In this document: one piece after another, positions 52,789 to 64,000 of the stretch | How positions within the stretch are numbered: position 1 is the stretch's first letter | How the letters are laid out: every line of letters begins with the position of its first letter | Assembly: GCF_009834535.1 (NCBI RefSeq) | Contig: NC_045696.1 | Coordinates: forward strand, 48,610,001-48,674,000 | Direction of reading: 5' to 3' | Origin: Camelus ferus | Taxonomy: Eukaryota | Length of the DNA stretch: 64,000 nt | The notes under the pieces: model-generated | Seen by the model: the letters and a program-made list of their open reading frames with translations, nothing else | Told to the model about the DNA's origin: nothing | Databases searched by the model: none | Program-made: the position numbers and the translations under genes

Positions 52789-52905
52789 GGGGAGGGTATA
52801 GTTCAGTGGTAGAGGGCATGCAAGAGGTCCTGGGTTCAATCCCCAGTACCTCCATTAAATAAATAAATAAAACTTAATTACTTCTCCCCACTCCACCCCC
52901 CCCCC
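52789..52905 (+). mobile_element. Camelid tRNA-derived SINE (Vic-1 type), inserted in an L2 tail
   Basis: GGGGAGGGTATAGTTCAGTGGTAGAG (A box)...GGGTTCAATCCCCAGTACCTCC (B box), (AAAT)n-TAATTAC-C-rich tail; 12-bp TSD AAATGTTTCTTG (52775-52786 and 52906-52917). Confidence 0.92.
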
Positions 52906-53514
52906 AAATGTTTCTTGAATTTTGTACCTGGTTCACGTATTCTTATGGAATAAAACCATAACTTTGAAAATCAGCAGCCCAACCCCAGGAATCAATATTC
53001 ATCTAACAGTACTCATATTTAAGGGAGTACCAAGGATAGCATAAACATTCTCTCTAAGGCTGACCTCGCATTTCCAAACCTATTAAGTAATGGTAAATGT
53101 CACAGTGTGTCTTGAGAGAAGAATGCAGAATTTTCTCATTTAACATCAGTATTTAAATTGCAATTTCTTGGTGATGAAATTCCATCTGGAATTTCATGAG
53201 CAAGTGGCTGCTATTCTGTTGACCTTTTCCCGTCCTCTTTCAGATCTGTCTTGTCACTTTAATCCCTCCTTTAACAGATAAGAATAGGAAGGAGGAAAAG
53301 AAAAATGAAGAAATTAAATAACATACAATTAATCATATCTGTTAAGTTATGACTCTTAAAATTAAATTCTGGCTCTGATACTGTACCACAACCACCAGCA
53401 CCATTTTGTGTTGTATATTATATGTGTTTAGACCCTTCATCATAAAAAGCTAGCTTTATATATTAATAGTTTTAGAAGTTAAAATAATTCTCTGCAGTAT
53501 AAATTTTTCCTGGA

Positions 53515-54280
53515 AGATCATCTTTATGACATGTCTTGATGTGGATCTGTGAGTTTACCCTACTGTGAGCTCATGAGCTTTTGGATGTGTGGATTACTTT
53601 CAATATTTAAAAAAAATATTTTTTCTGCCCTCTTCTCTCTTTCATCGTCTTCTGAGACTTCCATTAGTATGATGGTATGTTTCACGATGTCCCACGGGGC
53701 TCTGAGGCTCTCATCTTTCCTTCACTCTTTTTTCTTTCCTTTCCTCTAAATGGATAATCTCAACTGACCTATTTTCAAGTTCACTGATTTTTTTGCTTTG
53801 TGAAATCGGCTGTCGAGTCCCTCTAGTGAATTCTCTATTTCAGTCACTGTACTTTTCAACTTCTGAATTTCTGTTTGGTTGTTTTTTTATAAATTACACA
53901 CTTTTATTGATACTCTGTATATAATGATAAATCATTCTCCTACTTTCATTTAGTTCTTTAGGCATGAATTCCTTTAGTTTTTTTTAACATATTTTAAACT
54001 AGCTGATTTAAAGTCTTTTTCTAGTAAGTCCAACATCCAGGCTTCACCAGGGACAGTTTCTATTGATTGCCTTGTTCCTTGTGTATCGGCCACACTTCCT
54101 TGTTCTTTTGTATGTCTCATAACTTTTTTGTTCAAAACTGGACATTTTAAATAGTACAATATGGTAACTATGGAAATAAAATGCTCCCCCTCCTTATAGT
54201 TTGTTGTTCTTTATTTAGCAACTTTTCTGAACTAATTCTGTTGTCCCTATTTTTTTTTTTCATGTATAACCGCTGAAAAC
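53515..54280 (-). mobile_element. Old L1M ORF1/5' region
   Basis: CCCTCTAGTGAATTCTCTATTTCAGTCACTGTACTTTTCAACT, AGCTGATTTAAAGTCTTTTTCTAGTAAGTCCAACATC. Confidence 0.75.
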
Positions 54281-54639
54281 ACTACTTCTCTAGCTCCATT
54301 TTGTCTTTAAAATTATAGTCCTTTACAAACTCATGCCAACGGGTTTCATGATATTCCACAAGTTATCTTACGTGGACTCCTACAGTCATACAGCCATGCT
54401 GGAGATTCAGAAAATGCTATAGGGTACAGGAGAGCTGCTCTTGTCATTGTTTCTCAGTTGAAGCAGGGGCTGAGTCTTACTTCTGATGAGTCCACCACAT
54501 CATATTCCTCAAAGAGCAGGCACAAGAGAGATGTGCCTTCGACTCTCTAGGCAAAATTGGAATTATATTCTGTAATATAGTTTAGCAGTCTTCAACATGG
54601 GCAATGCATAATTCTGTGAGGGAAATATTCTAAGATACA

Positions 54640-55330
54640 CTCCCTGTCCTCACACTTGCACAAACTCCCCCCTCTCACCAATATCTGGCACCAGAGTGCT
54701 ACATTTGTGACAATGGATAAAATTATTCTAATATGTCATTATCAGCCAAAGTCCATTGTCTACATTAGGGTTCAACCTTGGTGGTGTACATTCTATAGGT
54801 TTAACATGTGTATTATGATGAGTATTCACCATTGTAGTTTCATACAGAATAGTTTCACTGCCTTAAAAATCCTCTGTTCTCTGCCTATTCATTCGTCTCT
54901 CCTGCCTAACCACTGGACATTACTAATCTTTTAATGTCTGCATTTTGCTTTATCCAGAATGTCAAATAGCTGGAGTCATACAGTGTGTAGCCTTTTCAGA
55001 TTGGAATCTTTCACTTAGTAATATGAATTTAAGATTCCTCCATGTCTTTTCATGGCTTGATAGCTTATTTCTTTTTGTTGCTGTGTGATATCCCATTCCC
55101 TCAATGTACCACAGCTTATTTATCTGCTCATCCACTAAAGGACGAGGTTTTTGTGTTGACAAAATTTTTCAGTTCATATGAATAAATACCAAAGAGTGTG
55201 ATTTCTGGATCATATGGTAAGAGTATCTTTAGTTTTAGAAGAAACTGCTAAACTGCCTTCCAACGTCATGATAACACTTTGCGTTCCCACCAGCAGTGAA
55301 AGACAGTCCCTGTTGATCCACATCCTGCTA
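54640..55330 (-). mobile_element. L1MC1-like 3' end
   Basis: CACCAGAGTGCTACATTTGTGACAAT...CATTATCAGCCAAAGTCCATTGTCTACATTAGGGTTCA...CAGAATAGTTTCACTGCCTTAAAAATCCTCTG. Confidence 0.8.
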
Positions 55331-55334
55331 TTCA

Positions 55335-56923
55335 CCTCAGTCCTAAATAAGTGGCCTTGTGTAGGGGATGGTTATTCTTTTCCAACCCTGTCCTCGCTCT
55401 TGGTTATCTCTTTAATCTTTGTGTTTGCCTGTATCACCTGATTTATTCTGGATATGCCCCTGTTGATGAGGGTGTCCCAAGACCTGACCTGTCAGTGTTC
55501 CAAGGAAAGGAGACCCATTTAGCACCTAGTTTCAGGCAGATTGGAAGCCAGACTGTCAGGCAGCAGCTTCTGAAGTATTCAGATAGACACAGTCCTGTGG
55601 GGCCACAATTTTAATCTGCTAGCCTCCAGGCAGGATATCTGGAGGATTCCTTCAGGTGACAGTTGCAAAACTCAGGGCTCCTAACAGTGCATAAAGTTCC
55701 TTTCTGGAGAGTCTTGCAAAGAGGTCAAAGATGTGTGCAAAGATGCTGTCTCCTTGCTTACATTTCCTGGAAACACCTCCTTAGGCTCTAGATGTGTGGG
55801 AAACCTAAAGCCTGTCCATCAGGCTAAGTAAACAAGCCCTTTCCATAGGAAGACTGGAACCCCTGTTTCAGTCTTCTGTTTGTGCAGTGCCCTGATGGTT
55901 GTAGCCTGCTAAGAACTGCCTTTCTGATTGTTACAGTCCCGTCAAGCTGAGGAACATCGGGGTCAGGCAGTCAAGGGGTGTCCCCTTTCTAGATTGTGTG
56001 TGTCTGCTGGATTTAAGTAGGCATCTGGAGAGTGTAAGAGGCAGGGCTTCTTCTCTTGCATTAAGAGGGCCAGGGGAAATGGTCTGACTGCTTGTGCCCA
56101 TGATCTTCAGCCATGCGGCGCGAGTGCTTTTTTGTGCACTTGCACTGGCTCTAGGCCTGGAGCAGGAGAGTGCCACGACTGCTTGTGTCCGCCAGCCCCA
56201 GCCAGAGCAAGGGGGTGTCAGAGTTGGCTTTAGGCTGGCGGAGAGATCGTTTCCTGCCCACTTGCCCTCACCAGCCCCAGCCGGGGAACAGGACAGCGTT
56301 GCAAGTGTCTAAGGTTTCAGCTTCAGCCATGTGGTTGGTCACCCCATCGTCCAGGCTCACCCGCCGCCAGTGCTAGCAAGTCAGGTGGGGAGCACAACAG
56401 TATCGTCTGCCAGTGCCTCCAACTCCGAGGAGCAGTTCCACCATCCCCCAGCTTTTCAGCTGAGGCTTTCAGATCCAGAAATGACTGTCTTTCACACATA
56501 GTCTTGGCACTTTTCAAACTGTTATTGTTTCACTGGGTCTTGGGGCAAATGAGACCATACGTGAGCCCTTTAAAAGAGGACTCTCAGTTTATGACAGCAC
56601 TTGAAAAGCCCCATGTGTTTTCTAAGCCAGATTTTTGAGGACTCATCTCTCTAGAGCAGATCCCAGGGCCGGAGTGCCCGATGTGGGGCACCAACCCCTT
56701 CCTCCCTGGGAGAAGCACCTGTAGCCCCTCCTTACTGTGTGCTGCCTCGCCAGAGGCTTCTCCGACCTTTTCTGATGCCATCCTTTTTATCCTTTGTTGT
56801 GGAGCAGGTGTTCAGCTAACTCTTAGGTTCTTTTTCAAGGGAACTGATCCATATATAACTGTGCATTTGTTGTGTCTATGGGAGTAGTTGAGAGTCTTTC
56901 TATGTTGCCAGCTTGAACTGCCT
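55335..56923 (-). mobile_element. L1M 5'UTR region (GC-richer, former internal promoter)
   Basis: Minus strand starts GAGGCAGTTCAAGCTGGCAACATAG (CAAGATGGC-like L1 start); GC-rich 5'UTR at 55950-56800. Confidence 0.65.
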
Positions 56924-56924
56924 C

Positions 56925-59605
56925 AATGGCCCATGTGTTATCTAGAAACTGTTTGATTTTTATCCTTCTAAATTTGTTAAGATGTTTTTTAAGGCCCAGA
57001 ATGTTGTTGTTGTCTGTCTTAGATAAATGTTCCATGTGACTTTAAAAAGAATGTGTATTCTGTTGTTGGATGAAATAGTTTATAGATGTCAATTATATCC
57101 AGTTGATGGATGGTACTGTTGAGTTCAACTCTGTCCTTACTGATTTTTGCCTGCAGGATCTGTCCGTTTCTGATAGATTTAATAGATATCTTGTAAACAG
57201 CTCATAGTTAGATCTTGTTTTTTGATTCACTCTAAAAATCACTCTTTTAATTGATGTATTTAGACAATTGACATTTAAGGTGTTCATTGATAGAGCTGAA
57301 TTAATATCTACCATGTTTGTTACTGTTTTCAATTTGTTGCTCTTGTGCTGTGTTCCTATTTTTGTCTTCTATATTTTTTCTTTTTTGTGGTTTTAATTGT
57401 GCTTTTTATGTGATTTCATTTTTTGTCATTTTTTAGCATATCAATTATGCCTTTTTAAATTTTGTTTATTGGTTGCTCTAGGGTTTGCAATGTACATGTA
57501 CAACTAATCCAAGTCCACTTTCAAATAACACTCATGGGTGGCTTAAAGTCTTACAATAACGAACTAGTCCCAATTCCTCTCTACCATCCCTTGCATCATA
57601 CTGCAATTCATCTCTCTTTTATATAAATAAACATATGTATGTATTATAGTATAACTGTATGTATAAAAGTATGTGTGTATGTGTGTGCATGTGTATATAT
57701 ACACATATATATATATATAAAATATATATATATATACACACACACACCATACACAGGGGGAGGAAGGGAGGGAGACAATAGAATATATTGTTGCTGCTAT
57801 TATTTGAAGTAAATTATTATCAATTAAAATGAGAAAAACAAAAAGGTTTATTTTACCTTCATTTATTTATTCTCTAATGCTCTTACTTTATAGGTAGGTA
57901 GATTCAAGTTTCTAACCTATATCATCTCCTTCCCCCTGAAGAACTTCTTTGAACATTTCTAGCAAGGCAGGTCTACTGGCAACAAATTCTTTCAATTTTT
58001 GTTCGAGAACATCTTTACTTCTCTTTCACCTTTGAAGGGTACAGGTACAACTTCACAGGGTACGGAATTCTAGGTTGTTTTTCTTTTTCTCTCAACATTT
58101 CAAAGATTTCTCTCCACTCTATTCTTGTTTGCATGGTTTTTGAGAATTCAAATGTAATTCTTGCTTCCTCTACAGGTAAGGCATTTTTTCCTCTTACTTC
58201 TCTCAAGATTTTTTCTTTATCTTTTATTTTTTGAGAGTTGAACATGACATGTCTAGATATAGGTTTAATGACATTTATCTTGCTTCATATTCCCTGAGCT
58301 TCTGGGATCTGTGGTCTACTGTCTGACATTAATTTGGGGGAAATTCTCAATCATTATTGCTTCAAATATTGCTTATTTTTTCTCTTTCTTCTCCTCTGGA
58401 ATTTTCTATATGCATAATTTATATGTTTTATACTTGTCCCCTATTTTTGTATATTCTGTTTCTTTTTTTCTATTTTTTTCTCTTTGCTTTTCAACTTTGG
58501 GGAGTTTCTATTGTCATCCTCAAGCTCAGAGGTTCTTTCCTCAGCTGTTTCCAGTCTGTTTATGAGCACATCAAAGGCGTTCCTCATGTCCATTACAGTG
58601 TTTTTGAATTCTAGCATTTCTTTTTGATTCTTTCTCAGAATTTCTACCTCTCTGCTTACATTATCCACCAAGTTTTTTCATGTTGTCTACTTTATACATG
58701 AAAGTCCTTGGCACATTAGTGACAGTTTTTTAAATCCCTGGCCTGCTAATTCCAATATTCCTGCCATATATGACTGGTTCTGGTGCTTGTTTATCTCTTC
58801 AAATTGCGTTTTTTTGCCTTTTAGGATGCTGTGTAATTTCTTGTTGAAAGGCAGGTGTGATGTGCAAGATGAAAGGAATTGTGGTAAATGGGTCTCTGGG
58901 AATGTAATGGTCGGGTGTGGGGGAAGAGAAAAGTGTTCTACAGTCCTGTTGGACCTCAGCCTTTTGGTGAACCCGTGCTCCTGGACTGTGAACTCTACTG
59001 ATGCTTCCTGGTTGCCTCTCCCCTTAGGTGGGCAGGATGGCTAGAGGGGGTGAGAGTGTGTGTTTCCCTCCCCCCAGGTAGGTTAGGCTTTAATAAAACC
59101 CCAGCTGGTTAGCCTCTAGGAAAAATAGTTTCTCCTGAGGCCAGATCTCCTAAGAATCCTTTAACAGAATGCTCCGGCGTATGTCAAATGGTTTATTTTT
59201 TTCTCCCCATGATGGAAGCCCTAGAAAATTTCCTTGGTTAGTCCCTGTGAGCACTTAGCAGAACTCCTAGAGGTAGACTTCACAATCTCCCTCATAGCTG
59301 GCCCCTCAGGGTCTTCAGATCTCAGAGTTGTCCATTGAGCCTCTAGCAGCTCGTTGTTTACAGTTCGAATTTTCCTCTCCTAGTACTGCTTCCTGTGGAT
59401 CTTTCTGCTCCAGTAAGTTGCAGTTCTCTGTGTCCATCTGTCTGTCCCTCAATGGGGGGCAGAAGTTTGCCCTGTGGCCTCATTTCTCTGGTGAATCTAA
59501 GATAGTTACTGATCTTTCAGTTTGTTCAGATTTTTGCTTCTTGTTAGGATGGAGTGGCAACTTCTCATCTCTGACACACTGGACTGGAAACCAGAAGTCC
59601 CCTTA
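56925..59605 (-). mobile_element. Old L1M (5'UTR, ORF1, start of ORF2) with an internal TA/CA repeat
   Basis: ORF1 remnants REVEILRKNQKEMLEFKNTVMDMRNAFD and KDKEKILREVRGK...WREIFEML...PRIPYPVKL; endonuclease start TLNVNCLNTSIKR; 5' end GACTTCTGGTTTCCAG. Confidence 0.85.
57635..57755. repeat. (TA)n/(TG)n/(CA)n compound microsatellite
   Basis: Visible directly in the sequence. Confidence 0.9.
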
Positions 59606-61719
59606 GGCAGTTTTAATAGAACAAATTTTCAGCTTCTGAATTTTCTGTTGTGTATTTATTTCACATCCATAAACAATGAAGTATTTCCTTTTCTATCCCA
59701 TGTTCCCTTTCATAATCACTCTTTCCATTGCATAAAATTTTGCCTCTCCATCATTCTCTGTTTTACTGTGGCTACTTGGGGGTGTAGAAATCTCAGCGTA
59801 CCACGTTAATAAATAATTCAAATTATTAGTGGCAGTCAAATATCTTTTAATTAAAGCACCATGGTGCTTTATGTCTTTTTCAGTCATACATATTTATGTT
59901 TAGGGTGGAAGTGGGTTATTAGAAACTGTATTATGGTTCATGTTGGGATATTATAAATTAAGATGCCCTGTAGACTGGGCAGCATGACTAATTTTTATTT
60001 CACAACCTTGGATTATTGGTAAAGAATTAAGGGAACAAGAATATGCAAAGCAAAGGGAATATACATACAAAATACCAGAAGCAGTGCAATACCAATTTTC
60101 TCCCCACTCTGCATTTGCATTACTCTGGAGTATAAGGAAAAGCTTTGTGAGTACGCTCATACATCCTTGTCTCAGCTGTGTCTGAAGCTCCAAAGTACAC
60201 TTAAAGTGTACATTAATATAGAACCATGGTATTAAAAAGCTACTATCAAAAATATATTTAAATTTGTTGTTATTCTAATTTTTTACAACTTTTTGTATAT
60301 ATCATATTAAACAGGATGTATCTAAGTGAAAGACTATAATCCATTTAGTCACTTGACAACTTTTGAAAACATTTTTAGTTTACTTTCCAGAAATCTAACG
60401 ACTGTGTAATGAATCATTTTCTACAACTAGATTGTTTATGAATTCTTTGCTGTCTAAAAAAAGTGCAGGAAGACTTAACTGATGCATAGTTCTTAATTAT
60501 GATAGACCACTACAAATTATTTTTTATGCTAGATCGCAGTGCAAACTTTAACAGAAAAGGAATTTTAAGAATTAAGGGACAGTTTTTGTAAAACCACCTT
60601 CAAGTTTCCATTTACTTTTTTATATGAATAAATTTTCATATGTATATAGAAAAATTAGAATAAATTTGATATTAAAGTCTGTGTCAGTATAGCAATAATT
60701 AGTTATTCATATATAAGTAAACTAATAAGAAATATATGTCTAATAATAATTTACTGTGTAGATTTGTTACTAATAGAAATCTAGAGTATATTATGATTTT
60801 GAATAAATCTGCACTAGTGAGAATTGTAACATAGCTCAAAGAAAAAAAATAACAGAAATTTATAATTACCAAGACCTTTAAAAATTAAGATTAGTTAACA
60901 TACAAAATTTTCCTACAGAGTAATATTGTTGGGTGATCAAAAACAGTACTTAGAGGTAACATTCTGTTTGAACATGGAATTGAAATATGAGTTCAAGAAG
61001 AGGAAGAACACTAACATTTCTGTCTGATTAAGAAAAAACAGTTTGTGTAATTTAAAACAAATCAAGGGCAATGTGAACTTGCTAAGTGTTTAGAGGACTG
61101 AATTAATTTAGAAGAACAATATAACAGTTTTCAAAACTTTAGCCTTTGGAACTATGTACATTTAAAATGCAAATCTTTAGAAGTCAGTTGTAAATGTACT
61201 AGAAGTTACATGATTTAAAAAATTCTTTTGAAAGTACAGAAGCAAAGTTTTTGGAAATCATCAGCATAAATTGCAAAGGATTATTCTCTAAGAATTCTTT
61301 ATCTAAGGTAAATTTACTGAAGCAATACTAAACTTTTACCTACCCCTATTATTTGTCAATTTTTTTCCATTTTCATTCAGAGTCTGTAGTGGTTTGTTAG
61401 TAATAATCATCAGCTTTCTTTATTCTTGTCATTGGCAAGATGATCTAATTAGCATAATTTGTAATTTAGACTGATCTCCAGGGAATTTTGAATAGCCAGG
61501 TACTAGATGTCATGGACTCGCCTAAGGAAAGTTGAGGCAGCTGCATCTCATTATGTAGCCCCCAGTAGGATACTGAAGAGTACTAAAAACCGTTGTTCTA
61601 TACACGGGGCACATCTGTTGATGACAATTTTCAGAAACAAAATGCATTTTTATTGATAAATTTCTGTAATATTGTATTAATAACAGTATCGTTTTTATTG
61701 ACAACAGATATTAATTCTG

Positions 61720-61915
61720 AGCCAAATACTTTATTATCTCATTTAACTCTCACAGAAATTTATGAATTAGCTAATATATTTTTTACATCAGTCTGATTTA
61801 CAATAGGGGAGAAGTCTCAGGGATACTGGGTAATGTGTACAATTTTATACCTGGAGGAAATAGTAAAGCTGGGATTTGAATGCTAGAAGTTGCCTGATGG
61901 TTAAGTCCTATTATA
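61720..61915 (-). mobile_element. MIR SINE
   Basis: TATCTCATTTAACTCTCACA...TTTACAATAGGGGAGAAGTCTCAG...GCTGGGATTTGAA. Confidence 0.6.
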
Positions 61916-63139
61916 CTGTCTATAGGGGAAGACCTACATAAGGTCAGACCTTGGACAATACATCTTAGATCACTTCTGGTGTTGAACTGGAGCAACTGTT
62001 CTGTCTAGACAGTGTTAAAATGTATATTTTCTTGCTGTGGAAATGGCCAAACTGAAATAACATCTGTCAGCACATTTATGACAGAAAATAAACAGAACCT
62101 AAGCAACGTTTTCTTACCCTTGCCATGATAAAAGAAAATTTTGAGCACTGTGCAGAGGAATAATGCTAACAAGACATGTTCTGGATGGAAACTATCTGGT
62201 TAGAAGACCTGATTTACGGCATGTATAAAATAAGTGCTGAAGCAGATCTTGCTATGTGACATTGGAAACTAATGCTGAAACAGCTACCAAGTTTCATGGA
62301 TTTATTTATTGAAAGCTATAGATTCAGATTCTCAGATAAAGAGCTCGCTTTGGTAATGCTGTTAGTCTTTTAACAGAAAAACACATCAGGAAGCCACTGT
62401 ATGGGTTTGATGTAGAAGCAGCACCGTAAATCGGCACCTCCTTTAAGAGCGAGGAGGCTAGACCCTGCTGAGACTACAATAGCTCCTGATTAAGGACGGC
62501 AAGCTTTTGCATGGAATAATAGAATGGGAGTGGTTAAAAGGATCTTGGAGAGTCTCATTTTCAAATGCCTCTATTTACATACTGAAAAACGAAGGCCTGG
62601 TGAATTCAAATGTTATATATAAATTCACATAGCTCTAATACACAAGTTACTTTCACACTTATATGTAACATATAAGTTACTTTCTCTGTTAAATATTACT
62701 TCCACTAAACTATTCCTGATTGTGGGAAAGTAGAGTGCTTTTCTGTTCTTTTTTTTCTTTCCTTCTGAAAATTGTAACTTTCAATGAGTTCTTAATTTCA
62801 GGCGGACTGCTTGCCTAACGCTTCTTGGTTCCTTTTATATACGTGGGAGAGCAGTAAGCCAGACCAGGCCTACAAATCCACCTCTACTTAACCCTCTGGT
62901 TTTGAAATTTTGTGATTAGACAGAAGGGTGCTCTATTATCAGCGTGACGCACAAGCAGTCTTAACAACTTTCGACCTCCCGTAGGAAGCAGGCGGCCCTG
63001 TGAACTAGGAGAGACTGTAAACAAATCCCTGCAGGGGCCAGGCAGGCAGTGAGTAATACGGATGACTGGAGACCCCAAGCCTCATCTAAAGCGAGGAGCA
63101 GCTACTCAGCGCCAGCCAGTTTTTACAATATAGAAATAG

Positions 63140-63340
63140 ATCCCAGTGTTGCCAGGTATTCACATATTTCTTAAAAAAAAAAAAGCCAAAATCCAAATTT
63201 CGCCATGAAGTCTCCCAATATTTAAGCATTGGAAACAGCTTTAATTTTGCTTAAACTGTGAGCCAAGTGAAATGCATCTCTCAGATGTAAGAGATGTATG
63301 TGTTAGATGGAATGTAGACCTCGGGCCACTAATATGTGAG
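63140..63340 (+). mobile_element. Old hAT-Charlie-type MER DNA transposon fragment
   Basis: CAGTGTTGCCAG...AAGCCAAAATCCAAATTT...TGAAGTCTCCCAATATTTAAGCATTGG. Confidence 0.45.
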
Positions 63341-64000
63341 TTGAGAGATTCAGTCACCCAGCATCCGAAGCCAAGAATCCTTTCCCATCAGTGAAATCTA
63401 AAGCTGGTACTTAGTGTACATGGCTGGCTGGAACTGACTTGTAACCCTGCCATGTTTGGTCATCCTAAAATGGCCTTAGATTTCAGATTAGTTATTGACT
63501 CTAATTTCTAAGGGCTGAGTCAATGTCAGCCAAATGTTCTGGCAGAGTTTTCAAGAATCTTCTGCTGAGAAGGACGGTCATATTTATACACAACCTAAGG
63601 CACTCATTGATAACATGCTCCAAGTTAAACTCATCACCCAGAACAAACACAGTCATCCATTTTTCTCCAAATACTCCTGCTCACTGAAAATTCATGCTAC
63701 CTTTCAGTGACCTCCGGGCTAGACTCCTTTGAAAGTGACATTCACTTGAGTCAAGCCCCCATGTGTAAACTGTATGTTAGGCAGTGTAACTGGAATTACT
63801 GGTTGCCTGTTCTGGGAACTGGCTTGAATCTCCAGCAGCCACATTATTTCGTACCCTTAACATCCCAACAGTCCCTGGCTTATCACCTAATTGAACTGAC
63901 TATGGAGATTTTAGAAATTGGTTGAACAAATTTCAGGACTGTGCCAAGACTCTTAGGCACCAAGAAAGTGGGAATTTGTATGTTTTGTTCATATTTTACA

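Noticed and set aside
52789..52860. tRNA-like sequence with A and B boxes
   Set aside because: The anticodon arm is deleted, and it has an AT/C-rich tail and a 12-bp TSD, so it is a SINE rather than a tRNA gene
55931..56800. GC/CpG-richer region with several ORFs as a gene promoter or exon
   Set aside because: Explained by an antisense L1 5'UTR
1..64000. Prokaryotic-type systems (CRISPR arrays, operons, defence islands) or a nameable protein-coding gene
   Set aside because: The sequence is mammalian and repeat-rich, with no regularly spaced repeat array and no long ORF; no exon translation matched a protein I recognise

Overview
AT-rich, CpG-depleted mammalian genomic DNA, most likely from a camelid (alpaca/llama/camel). 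The lineage call rests on a tRNA-derived SINE of the camelid Vic-1 type and several young L1 3' ends resembling camelid L1. Much of the window is interspersed repeat: young L1 3' ends with clear target-site duplications (TSDs), old L1M, L2, MIR, CR1/L3, MLT1/MLT2/LTR16 LTRs, MER53, and a ~5.2 kb decayed ERV-L provirus (gag-pol-dUTPase, minus strand). I recognise no intact protein-coding gene, and the ORF track is essentially noise or TE remnants. Splice signals suggest a probably non-coding multi-exon + strand transcript: a CpG-rich first exon ending at 2490 and candidate internal exons at 19361-19430, 30298-30406 and 43611-43786. The most unusual structure is a ~480 bp, ~96% identical inverted duplication (18333-18811 vs 20018-20491) that is not a transposon pair and brackets the strongest exon candidate. 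Repeat family names come from recalled consensus motifs, not a database search, and boundaries without TSDs are approximate.
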